Positions 18,992 through 27,747 of a stretch of DNA of 64,000 nt are shown piece after piece. The notes under the pieces are model-generated. The model was not told the origin of the DNA and ran no database searches. It saw nothing but the letters and a program-made list of their open reading frames with translations. This stretch comes from Myxococcales bacterium (lineage in GTDB: Bacteria; Myxococcota_A; UBA9042; JABWCM01; BTVJ01): the NCBI GenBank assembly GCA_045863395.1, contig BTVJ01000029.1:26601-90600 (forward strand), in the 5' to 3' direction. The stretch's first letter is position 1. Each line of letters begins with the position of its first letter. The translations under genes were made by a program, and so were the position numbers.

Positions 18992-20119
18992 GTGCGCTCG
19001 CTCGCGCTGCTCCTCACGCTGCTCGCTGCCTGCTCCCGCCACGCGCCGCCTCCGGTCGTGGTCCAGGAGATCCCCCTGGTGGATGCGCCTCCCCTCGGGC
19101 CGTCCGACACGCGGGTCCGCGTCACCTTCGTGGACGTGGGCCAGGGCGACGCCATCCTCATCGAGACGCCCTGCGGCGCCGCGCTGATCGACGCGGGGGG
19201 CGAGGACACGCCCGGCTTCAACGGGGCGCGCCGCCTGACCCGCTACCTGGACGCCTGGTTCGCCGCGCGCCCCCACCTGGACCGCACCCTGGAGCTGGTG
19301 GTCCTGACCCACCCGCACATCGACCACATCCGCGGGGCGCCGGAGGTGCTCTCCTCCTTCCGCGTCAAGCGGCTCATCGACAACGGCCAGCCCGGCCGGG
19401 ACGTTGCGGAGCGCCCCATGCGGCTCATCGCCCGCGCCCTGGCTCGGGACCCTGGCATCGCCCGTGCGTCCATCGCGCTGGCTGACATCCCCCCGGAGGG
19501 CCTCACGGGCGACACGGTGGACCCCTTCCTGTGCGATGGGCTCGACCCCCAGCTCCGGGTGCTCTGGGCCCGGGTTGGGGCCGACCCCGGCTGGGGCAGC
19601 TCGTACGGCGTCCCTCGCTTCGACAACGAGAACAACCACAGCGTCGTGCTGCGCCTGGACGTTGGCGAGTCCTCCTTCCTGTTCACCGGCGACCTGGAGG
19701 ACGCCGCGCTGGACGATCTGGTCGCGCGGTACCACGGCACGGGGCTCCTGGACGTGGACGTGGTCAAGGTCGGCCACCACGGCTCCCACAACGGGACCAC
19801 CAAGGGGCTCGTCGACGCGATGAGCCCCGCCATGGCGGTGATCACCATGGGCGCGCCCCAGCGGCAGGCGAGCTGGTCCGCGTGGGCCTTCGGCCACCCC
19901 CGCTGGAAGGCCGTGGAGCTGCTGCTGGCGGGCCTCGGGTGCCCCCGCCCGGCCACCGAGGGCGCGGTCGCGTCCCGCCCGCGTGCCTTCCAGCCCGCGA
20001 CGGTCGAGCGCGCCCTCTATGGCACGGGCTGGGACGGCACGGTCATCCTGGAGGCGAGCGCCGCGGGCGACGTGCGGGTGCTGGCCCCTCCAGTAGACGG
20101 GGTGTGCGACGTGCGGTGA
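18992..20119 (+). CDS. ComEC/Rec2-type metallo-beta-lactamase-fold hydrolase, lipoprotein
   Basis: Lipobox LAAC; DVGQGDA, THPHIDH, NNHSVV, FTGD, KVGHHGS, FGHP; GGAGG at 18981. Confidence 0.85.
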   Translation: MRSLALLLTLLAACSRHAPPPVVVQEIPLVDAPPLGPSDTRVRVTFVDVGQGDAILIETPCGAALIDAGGEDTPGFNGARRLTRYLDAWFAARPHLDRTLELVVLTHPHIDHIRGAPEVLSSFRVKRLIDNGQPGRDVAERPMRLIARALARDPGIARASIALADIPPEGLTGDTVDPFLCDGLDPQLRVLWARVGADPGWGSSYGVPRFDNENNHSVVLRLDVGESSFLFTGDLEDAALDDLVARYHGTGLLDVDVVKVGHHGSHNGTTKGLVDAMSPAMAVITMGAPQRQASWSAWAFGHPRWKAVELLLAGLGCPRPATEGAVASRPRAFQPATVERALYGTGWDGTVILEASAAGDVRVLAPPVDGVCDVR

Positions 20120-20363
20120 CGCGCCGCCTCGTGATCACCCCGGAGTCGGACCCACGTACACGGACCTCCAGGGGGGATGCTCCAGCGGCCGTATGCACAG
20201 GTACCTTCGGCCCGGGCCCCTACCCTGCCGCCCACCGCCCGCTTGCCCCTCCTTTGGCGCTGCCTACGATGAGACTGATTGGCCTGTCGAATGATTGGCG
20301 GGCCAGCGGCGCTCGTCGATCCATCGCGGAGGCCGTCGTGGGGCGAGCGAGGAGGACTTTCAA

Positions 20364-21218
20364 ATGAGAGTGAACGCACTGATACGATCCCTCGTGATCG
20401 GGTGCTCAATCATGGCGCTCGGACTCACGGAGGCGTGCAAGGGAGACCAGAGCTCAGGCTACCCGGAGGGCGCTCCGTCCACGACGGCGCGACAGGGGAC
20501 CATTGAGACTGGCGACATGACCGCAGAGCAGTGGCTCGACCGAATCGCTCAGCAGGATGTCATGATCGTGGCCCTCGCCAAGCTGGGCGTGGAGAGAGCC
20601 ACCGACGCAAGGCTGGGGGTCTTCGCGAACACGGTGCTCATGGAGCACGCCCGGCTGGCCGTGGAGATTCGGATGCTCAGCGACAGGACTCGAGTCGATC
20701 TCGAAGACAGGATCTCCATGGCTCTCCGCGAGGTGTCGGAGGGCTGGAGCGAGCAATCCGCGTCTGTGGGGACCCCCGCCGAGTCGGTCGCGGCAGCAGA
20801 GTCACACGAGGGCCACGAGGCGGAGCGCGTGTTCGAGCGTGAGTTTCCCGGTGTGGCCCATGAGCCCGAATCCTTCGAAGAGAGCCAGGCGCCTGAAGAG
20901 GGGGGGGAACCACCCCACGGACAGTCGTCCGTAAGGCCCGCAGATCCCCTCGTCGGCCTTCCCATCGAGGCGCTGACCAAGCGGCTCGATACGCAGCACA
21001 GGTCTACGGTCGACGCGCTCCAGCGCGCCGACCGAGGGGCTGCATTCGACAGGGTGTTCGTCACCACGATGGTCGCCCAGCACGAGGCGACGGTGAAGTT
21101 GTTCGAGGCCACGGCCGCGGGGGTGAAGAACGCCCAGATTGAGCGCTTCGCCGTAGAGAGTCTACCGATGGCCCGCCGCCACCTTGAGATGGCGAGGGCG
21201 CTGTCTGTTGGTGACTGA
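20364..21218 (+). CDS. DUF4142-like (ferritin-like) exported protein with an acidic insertion
   Basis: LAKLGVERA...FA...EH and FDRVFV..MV..HE...FA...LP...HL..AR patterns; AGGAGG RBS; possible lipid-anchor Cys. Confidence 0.65.
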   Translation: MRVNALIRSLVIGCSIMALGLTEACKGDQSSGYPEGAPSTTARQGTIETGDMTAEQWLDRIAQQDVMIVALAKLGVERATDARLGVFANTVLMEHARLAVEIRMLSDRTRVDLEDRISMALREVSEGWSEQSASVGTPAESVAAAESHEGHEAERVFEREFPGVAHEPESFEESQAPEEGGEPPHGQSSVRPADPLVGLPIEALTKRLDTQHRSTVDALQRADRGAAFDRVFVTTMVAQHEATVKLFEATAAGVKNAQIERFAVESLPMARRHLEMARALSVGD

Positions 21219-21537
21219 CGCGGGTGGACAGGGACCAGGCCGAGCGGTCATGGCAACCGCTGCGGCGTCTGGCCCCGCAGCGCCCGAAGTTCCACTCCGG
21301 CTCGCACCTCACTGCCACGCGGGCTGTCAGTGCCCCGGCGCCTACGGAAGAGCGAGGCCCCGCCTGCGCTCCCGCCGAACCGCCAGCGGGGCGCAGCGGC
21401 GCCCTCCGTGGATCACGTCGTTAGCCGTGGGTCGAGGCGGACGGGTGCGCCCCAGCGAAGTTCCCGCTCAGGTTCCCCTGTGCTCCTCCCGATGTACCAT
21501 CGGTGACGCGCGGAGGCCTGGACCCGGGAGTGGAGAG

Positions 21538-22248
21538 ATGGGCGTCAAGGAGCTGCTACCCATGTCCGTGCGCCTGGGCTACAGGCGCAGCCGGGATACG
21601 GCCCGCATTGCGTGGCGCAACCTCCGCTGCCGCGGGCTCACGGAGGCGGACGTGGCCGCGCTGTACGAGCGGACCTACCACGACGAGCGTGGCTACACGG
21701 CGTCCTCTGAGCACGAGCGGGCCATCAAGGACGCACACGCGGAGTTCATCGTGCGCAACACGACGCCTGCCAAGGTGCTCGTGGCCGGGTGCAGCGCGGG
21801 CGACCTGCTGGTCGCGCTGGAGGAGCGCGGGGTCGAGGCGTGGGGCTTCGACATCTCGCCGGACCTCGACGCCCTGTGCCTGCCCGCGGTCCGCGACCGG
21901 CTCCGCCACGGCTCCATGACGGCAATCCCCTACTCCCCGGAGGACCGCTTCGACGCGGTGGTCGCCACCGACGTGTTCGAGCACGTGCCGCGGCGCAGCA
22001 TCCCGGGCATGGTGGCGGAGCTCGCGCGCCTGAACGCGCCGCACCTGGTCACCTTGATCGATCACGTCTCCCTGCTGGACCCGGGCCACGTGACCCTCAT
22101 GCCCCTGTCATGGTGGCGGGCCCGCCTCCAGGGCGTCTATGCGCTGCGCCCTGAGCGAGCGCTCCGGCGAGACCCTCCCCTCGGTCTGTACGGCCTGGAT
22201 CCGGCCAACCCGAACCAGCTCCTGCGCGTCTGGGATCGGGCGCGCTGA
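21538..22248 (+). CDS. Class I SAM-dependent methyltransferase
   Basis: VLVAGCSAG, WGFDIS, FDAVVATDVFEH; alternative start at 21562. Confidence 0.8.
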   Translation: MGVKELLPMSVRLGYRRSRDTARIAWRNLRCRGLTEADVAALYERTYHDERGYTASSEHERAIKDAHAEFIVRNTTPAKVLVAGCSAGDLLVALEERGVEAWGFDISPDLDALCLPAVRDRLRHGSMTAIPYSPEDRFDAVVATDVFEHVPRRSIPGMVAELARLNAPHLVTLIDHVSLLDPGHVTLMPLSWWRARLQGVYALRPERALRRDPPLGLYGLDPANPNQLLRVWDRAR

Positions 22249-22258
22249 CCCTCGGCAC

Positions 22259-24121
22259 CTACTCCAGGACGCCGACGATCGGGGCGGCCACTGCGTTGAC
22301 CTTGAACCCGACGGAGTAGGCGTCCTTGGCGCCGTCCCCGTCGGTGTCCATGTCCAGCGTGAGGAGCGTCTCCACCAGGCCCACGAGCTGATCCGCCGGC
22401 AGGATCAGGAGCCACGGCGGGATCGCGTACAGCGCAGCGAAGAACTCGTCCTGCCGCACGGCTCCCCCGATCACACCGGCGAACGTGGACGGCTTGCCCC
22501 CGGCGCTGGTGACGAGCTTCCCGTACAGGGCGGCAGCGTACATGGTGATCTCGATGTTGGCGCCATCGACGATGGGCAGCGACAAGGGGAAGGTGTAGCT
22601 CGGCCCTCCAGCGGCGAGCATCCCCTTCTCATAGGTGGCGTTGCCGAAGAGGGTGGTCGCGCTGCACGTGTCGGTGTCGACCATGGTCGGGTAGACCAGG
22701 TAGGAGCAGGCGCCGGTACCTGGCGCGCACCCGGGGACGGAGGGCTCACCCACGTAGATGCTGAGCGCGAAGGGCCCGACGGGGGCGCCCAGCGGCCAGT
22801 CCAGCTCCATGAGATACGCCACGTCGCCGCTCTGGACGGCGCTGCCCAGGTTGTCGTTGATCAGCGTCCCAAGCAGGGCAGCCGCGTTGTCGATCCCAGC
22901 TGAGCAGCTCCCCGCGGGGGCGCAGGTCAGAGGGTCCAGGTCCACGTCGAGCCCGTTGGTCGGGTGGCCGTCGGCGCCGATGAGCAGGTTGCTGGCCACC
23001 ATGGAGGTGGGCTCGAAGGTGGGGACGCAGGGCCCGCAGTCCACGGGCGTCCCCTTGCACTTGCCGCTCCCCTGGCAGGCGTCGTCCTGGGTGCAGGCGA
23101 CGCCGTCGTCGCACGGGACCCCCTCGGGCCCCACGGTCACCACGCAGCCGGTGCCCGGAGCGCACCCGTCGAGGGTGCAGGGGTTCCCGTCGTCGCAGGG
23201 GAGCGCGCCCCCACCCGGAACGCACCCGCCCGCCGCGCACGCATCGCCCACGGTGCAGGCGTTGCCATCCTCGCAGGGCGCTCCGTCCGCAGAAGCCGAA
23301 TGCTCGCAGCCGCCCTCCTTGCACGTGTCCGCGGTGCAGGGGTCCCCGTCGTCGCAGGCGCCGTCCGTCGGCAGGTGGACGCAGCCCGAGAACGGGTTGC
23401 AGGCGTCCGCCGTGCACGGGTCCCCGTCGTCGCAGAGCTCCTCGATCGCGGGCAGGCACGCTCCCCCCTGGCACGCCTCGTCCTCGGTGCAGGCATCCCC
23501 GTCGTCGCAGGGGGCGCCATCCGCGTCGAGGTGGGCGCACCCGGTCGCCGCGTCGCAGGCGTCCGCGGTGCACTGGTGCCCGTCGTCGCAGTCCGCCGGC
23601 CCCCCACCCACACACGCGCCGCCCTCACAGGAGTCCCCGATCGTGCAGGCATCTCCGTCCTCACAGGAGCCATCCACAGGGGCGTGCGAGCACCCGCTCG
23701 CGGGGATGCACGAGTCGGCGGTGCATCCGTCTCCATCGTCGCAGTCCCGGGGCTCGCCGGTGCACTCCCCCGCCTTGCACAGCGCCACGACGCAGGCGTG
23801 GGCCGCGGTGCACGGTGCGCCATCGGCGGCCGCCACGAGGGTGCCACCCTTCCCGTCCGCCGCGCAGATTCGGCAGGGGTCGGCGGGGTCGGGAGCCCCG
23901 TCGTCCAGGCACGCGTCGCCCACCACGCAGCCTCCGCAGCCCGCATCGCCGTCATCTGCCGGTTGCGCGCCCACGTCCGGCTCACCGCCCCCCTGGTCCG
24001 GCGAGATCGCGACGTCTGGCACGACCACGACGTCCGCCACGCCGCCATCTGGCCCCGGCTGACCGCTCTCGCTTCCGCACGCGGCCAACAGGGCGACCCC
24101 GAGCGCTCCGATCCAACGCAT
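22259..24121 (-). CDS. Cys-rich repeat lipoprotein (CDDGxxCTxDxC repeats) with a C-terminal globular domain
   Basis: Lipobox LAAC; about 9-10 CTDC-type repeats; AGGAG/AAGGA RBS. Confidence 0.85.
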   Translation of the reverse strand: MRWIGALGVALLAACGSESGQPGPDGGVADVVVVPDVAISPDQGGGEPDVGAQPADDGDAGCGGCVVGDACLDDGAPDPADPCRICAADGKGGTLVAAADGAPCTAAHACVVALCKAGECTGEPRDCDDGDGCTADSCIPASGCSHAPVDGSCEDGDACTIGDSCEGGACVGGGPADCDDGHQCTADACDAATGCAHLDADGAPCDDGDACTEDEACQGGACLPAIEELCDDGDPCTADACNPFSGCVHLPTDGACDDGDPCTADTCKEGGCEHSASADGAPCEDGNACTVGDACAAGGCVPGGGALPCDDGNPCTLDGCAPGTGCVVTVGPEGVPCDDGVACTQDDACQGSGKCKGTPVDCGPCVPTFEPTSMVASNLLIGADGHPTNGLDVDLDPLTCAPAGSCSAGIDNAAALLGTLINDNLGSAVQSGDVAYLMELDWPLGAPVGPFALSIYVGEPSVPGCAPGTGACSYLVYPTMVDTDTCSATTLFGNATYEKGMLAAGGPSYTFPLSLPIVDGANIEITMYAAALYGKLVTSAGGKPSTFAGVIGGAVRQDEFFAALYAIPPWLLILPADQLVGLVETLLTLDMDTDGDGAKDAYSVGFKVNAVAAPIVGVLE

Positions 24122-24159
24122 GTCCTTGCTCCTGCGGGCGCCTCGGGCGCCCCGGGTGG

Positions 24160-25308
24160 TCAGAACGTCCCCGAAGCCCCCAGCACGGCGCCGCCCTCGG
24201 GCATGGGGAAGAGGCTCATCTGGAAGGGCGAGGGCCGTGGGTCCTGCCACGCAGCGCTCGGGTCGGCCATGGGGGGGTCGACGAACAGCCAGATGCTCAC
24301 TCCCGCCAGCGCGCCTCCCACGCTGAGCAGCGCGATGCCGACGTCGTCCTTGCTGGTCTCGATGCCCAGGTTCTGGTCCTTCGCCTCCTGGACGTCGCTG
24401 TAGTAAGAGACGACGAGGAACACGCCGACACCCGTGCTCGCGAGGGCCCCTGAGAGGGTCACCCACGCCCAGGTGTAGTCGGCGGCGGGCTGCACGTCGA
24501 ACTCGGCGAAGTTGCACCGCGCCTCCACCACGTCGTCCTGGACGGCCTGGACCTGCACGACGTAGGTGCGATAGCCCGGGAAGCTGCAGGCGACCGTGTG
24601 CTGCCCTGCCGCGACGGGCCGCGCCTCGGTCCAGTTGGCGAGGCGCTCCTTGTCGCTGAGCTCAATGGGGCGGTCGTCGATGGTGATCGTGTGGGACGCC
24701 AGGCTCCCCCGATCAGTCGCCACGACGATGAAGCCGGACGACGGCTCCAGCTCCAGCGTCGCCACGTGGGGCTGCGTGCCGCGCAGCACCACGGTCATCG
24801 GACGGCTCCTGTAGCCCTCCATGCGACCCTCGATGGTGTGCTGCCCTCGGCGGAGCATGACGCGCACCGGCGCAGACCCGACGGGCGCTCCGTCGACGAG
24901 CACCTCGGCCCCCGCCACGTTGGCGACGACCGACAGCTCGATGGGCTGGGCGAGCACCTGGGCGAGGGCCGCGCGGGCGGTCTCGATGCGGCCGAGGTCC
25001 CCGGGGTCCTTCTCCGTCGCCGCGGCGATGTCATAGATGTCGAGGGCGTCCTCGGGCTGGTCGAGCTGCTCCAGGCACTCCGCCTTCTTGACCAGGATGA
25101 TCGACTTGGGGAACAGGGCGTAGGCCTTGTCCAGCACCACGATGGCGTCCTGGTAGCGGCCCGCCTTGAACAGGTCGCGTGCCTGGACATACAGCTTGTG
25201 CGCCTCGCGCTCGTGCTTCGGCGCGGCGCCCGCGGGGGAGCCCGCCAGAGCCACGACCATGAGGAGGAGGAGCACCCGGCGGCACGCCGGGAGGAGGTTG
25301 GGGATCAC
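24160..25308 (-). CDS. TPR + PEGA domain exported/membrane protein
   Basis: Signal peptide; TPR (LFKAGRYQDAI...AY); PEGA (GAEVLVDG...G.HTI...GY); two C-terminal hydrophobic helices. Confidence 0.82.
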   Translation of the reverse strand: MIPNLLPACRRVLLLLMVVALAGSPAGAAPKHEREAHKLYVQARDLFKAGRYQDAIVVLDKAYALFPKSIILVKKAECLEQLDQPEDALDIYDIAAATEKDPGDLGRIETARAALAQVLAQPIELSVVANVAGAEVLVDGAPVGSAPVRVMLRRGQHTIEGRMEGYRSRPMTVVLRGTQPHVATLELEPSSGFIVVATDRGSLASHTITIDDRPIELSDKERLANWTEARPVAAGQHTVACSFPGYRTYVVQVQAVQDDVVEARCNFAEFDVQPAADYTWAWVTLSGALASTGVGVFLVVSYYSDVQEAKDQNLGIETSKDDVGIALLSVGGALAGVSIWLFVDPPMADPSAAWQDPRPSPFQMSLFPMPEGGAVLGASGTF

Positions 25309-25314
25309 GGATGG

Positions 25315-27441
25315 CTACCAGTCCTTCCACTCCATGTCGCCACCCTTGGACTTCCCGGAGGGCTTCTTGCCCTCGCTTGCGGTGCCCTTCGTGCCCTTCT
25401 GGGCGGGTGGCTTCTTCGGAGTCTCGCCTTTGATGGTCTTCGGGCCTCTTCCAGCGCTCTTCGAGCCGTCGGATGCAGCGCCCTTCTCAGGAACGGCCTC
25501 GGCCTTCGCGCCCGCGGTGTCAGGCGCAGGCGGGTCCACGGCAGGCACCACGGCGGTGAGCTTCACCTCGATGCGCCCGCCGGACGGGACGACCGCCGGA
25601 TCGACCAGCAGCACCTCGTCCTTGTGACCGTCCAACCTCACGACGAGGTTGCGCGCCTCGCCCTGGCCTGGGACCGGCAGCTCGAACGGCGTCGTGCCGA
25701 TGACCTCCGAGCCGTCGAGCACCTCTGCACCCTCCGGCTGCGTGGCGATCAAGACGGACGCCATCTCCGCCGCCTCCGCCGGAGCGGGCTGCGCGGGCTG
25801 CGATGCACCATCCCCACCTGGCGCTGGCGCCGACGGTGGTGCCTCCGCCTTGGCGCCGCCAGGACCGGCCTGCCGCGGCTCGGCCGCCAGGCCCTGCGGG
25901 GGCGCCGCCGGGAGGGAGGCTGCACCCGCTCGGGAGTCTCCGGCCACGCTCGCGGCGAGCTCTGCCAACTCCGTCGCCGCCGAGGCGCCCGGGCTCGGGT
26001 GCAGCCAGTCCGTCAGGAAGTAGATGCTCGCGCCCCCACCGAGCAACACCACCGCGGCGGCGGCCCACAGCCAGGAGCGGCCGGTCCCGCTCGCCGCCTC
26101 GGGCACGCCCGAGGTGGTCGCGTCCTGGCGGAGCTCGTCGCGCGTGAACACCCGCGTCTCCTCTTCCATGGAGGACACGTCCGAGGGCACGGGCAGGAAC
26201 TCGGTGCGGTCAGGGTCGTGCTGCGCCAGGCCGTCGGCCGACAGCAGCATGGTGCGCTCGTCCCAGTCGTCGTCTTGACATGCCGCAGGCGGCGGCGCCG
26301 GGGGCCCGCTCCAGCGCTCGGGGATCGCCTCGGTGCGGGCCCCCTCGCTGCGCTCCCCTTCCTCCTGGAGCATGCTGGGGTCCGGGAGCTGATCCGCCGG
26401 CAGGTACATGGTGGGCCGCGCGTTCAGGTGCATGGACACCACGCGCCCGGCCACGCGCTGTGGCGCCGCCATCAGCGTCATGTCCCCCGGATCGTCGGCC
26501 TCGCGGCGAGGCGGAGGCCGCGGGGGCCCTCCCCGTCTCATGCGCGGCATCTCAGGTGAGCTCAGCAGGTCCTCGATGGTCGCCCCGACCTCCTCGGAGG
26601 AGCCGGGCCGGCGCCCCGGATCCTTCTCGAGCAGCCGCATGACCAGGTGCTCCAGGCCCCCGGGGACGTTGACCGACGGATCCATGGTGCGAAACGGCAG
26701 CACCGGCTCGTGGATGTGCTTCATCACGACGCCGATGGGCGTGTCGGCGCGGAAGGGCGTGACGCCCACCAGCATCTCGTAGAGGATGATCCCCAGGCTG
26801 TAGAGGTCGGTGCGATGGTCCAGGTTCTTCGCCAGGCCCTGCTCCGGCGACAGGTACAGCGGCGTCCCGCAGATGAAGCCGGTCTGGGTCAGCGTCTCCT
26901 GCGTCCCCTCGGTCACGAACTTCGCGATGCCGAAGTCGAGCACCTTCACGAAGTCGCGCTCGCCGTAGATGTCCGACAGGAATACGTTGTCCGGCTTCAG
27001 GTCGCGGTGCACGATGCCCGCCCGGTGCGCCTCTGCCAGCGACTTGCACACCTGCCGCGCGATCTTGCAGGTGCGCAGCGGGTCCATCGGCGCGTCGGTC
27101 CGGATCACCTGGCCCAGCGTGCGCCCCTCGAGGAGCTCCATGGCCAGGAACAGGTGCCCGTCATCCGACTGGCCGTAGTCGAAGACCTTGATCGTGTTCG
27201 GGTGCCGGAGACGGCTCGACGCGAGCGCCTCCTGGTTGAAGCGCTGAAGCAGCCGCTCGTCCTCGGCCAGGGAGCGGGCCATGACCTTGATGGCCACGGT
27301 CTTCCCCATGCTGAGCTGGATCGCCTTGTACACCGCGCTCATGCCGCCGCGACCGATCAGCTCGACGATCTGGTAGCGATTGTCGAAGACCCGCCCGATG
27401 AGCTTTCCCGTATCGGACAGGTTGCTGCTGCTCTGTCGCAA
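25315..27441 (-). CDS. Membrane-spanning Ser/Thr protein kinase with an extracytoplasmic PEGA domain
   Basis: GRGGMS, VAIK, HRDLKPDN, DFG, GTPLYLSPE, DLYSLG; TM helix; GGAGG before TTG 27441. Confidence 0.93.
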   Translation of the reverse strand: MRQSSSNLSDTGKLIGRVFDNRYQIVELIGRGGMSAVYKAIQLSMGKTVAIKVMARSLAEDERLLQRFNQEALASSRLRHPNTIKVFDYGQSDDGHLFLAMELLEGRTLGQVIRTDAPMDPLRTCKIARQVCKSLAEAHRAGIVHRDLKPDNVFLSDIYGERDFVKVLDFGIAKFVTEGTQETLTQTGFICGTPLYLSPEQGLAKNLDHRTDLYSLGIILYEMLVGVTPFRADTPIGVVMKHIHEPVLPFRTMDPSVNVPGGLEHLVMRLLEKDPGRRPGSSEEVGATIEDLLSSPEMPRMRRGGPPRPPPRREADDPGDMTLMAAPQRVAGRVVSMHLNARPTMYLPADQLPDPSMLQEEGERSEGARTEAIPERWSGPPAPPPAACQDDDWDERTMLLSADGLAQHDPDRTEFLPVPSDVSSMEEETRVFTRDELRQDATTSGVPEAASGTGRSWLWAAAAVVLLGGGASIYFLTDWLHPSPGASAATELAELAASVAGDSRAGAASLPAAPPQGLAAEPRQAGPGGAKAEAPPSAPAPGGDGASQPAQPAPAEAAEMASVLIATQPEGAEVLDGSEVIGTTPFELPVPGQGEARNLVVRLDGHKDEVLLVDPAVVPSGGRIEVKLTAVVPAVDPPAPDTAGAKAEAVPEKGAASDGSKSAGRGPKTIKGETPKKPPAQKGTKGTASEGKKPSGKSKGGDMEWKDW

Positions 27442-27747
27442 GGAGCCTCCCACGTGCGCGCGCACGGCGGCCGCGAGCGTACCGGTGACGCTCCGATTGT
27501 AGGGGCGCCCCCGTGATTTTGCAAACCAATCTCCCCCTCACCCCGCGACGTCGCACGCTGCGAAACCGGTCACGCGGGGGCGGTTACACAACGCGCGGGG
27601 TGGCGCGGGGATCTTCCGCGCTCCTGCGTCTTCGTGACGCAGCCGACGCGGGCGACCCGGGACGTCGAGGTCTGCTTGCGCGTACCGGCACAATCGATCT
27701 AGCCTGTGCCCTCGACGAGCCACCACCCCCTGTCCTGGAGTCTCCCC

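Noticed and set aside
23040..23940. Recurrent ccgtcgtcgca units as a CRISPR array
   Set aside because: They encode in-frame CDDG Cys repeats; units are short and degenerate and no cas genes are present
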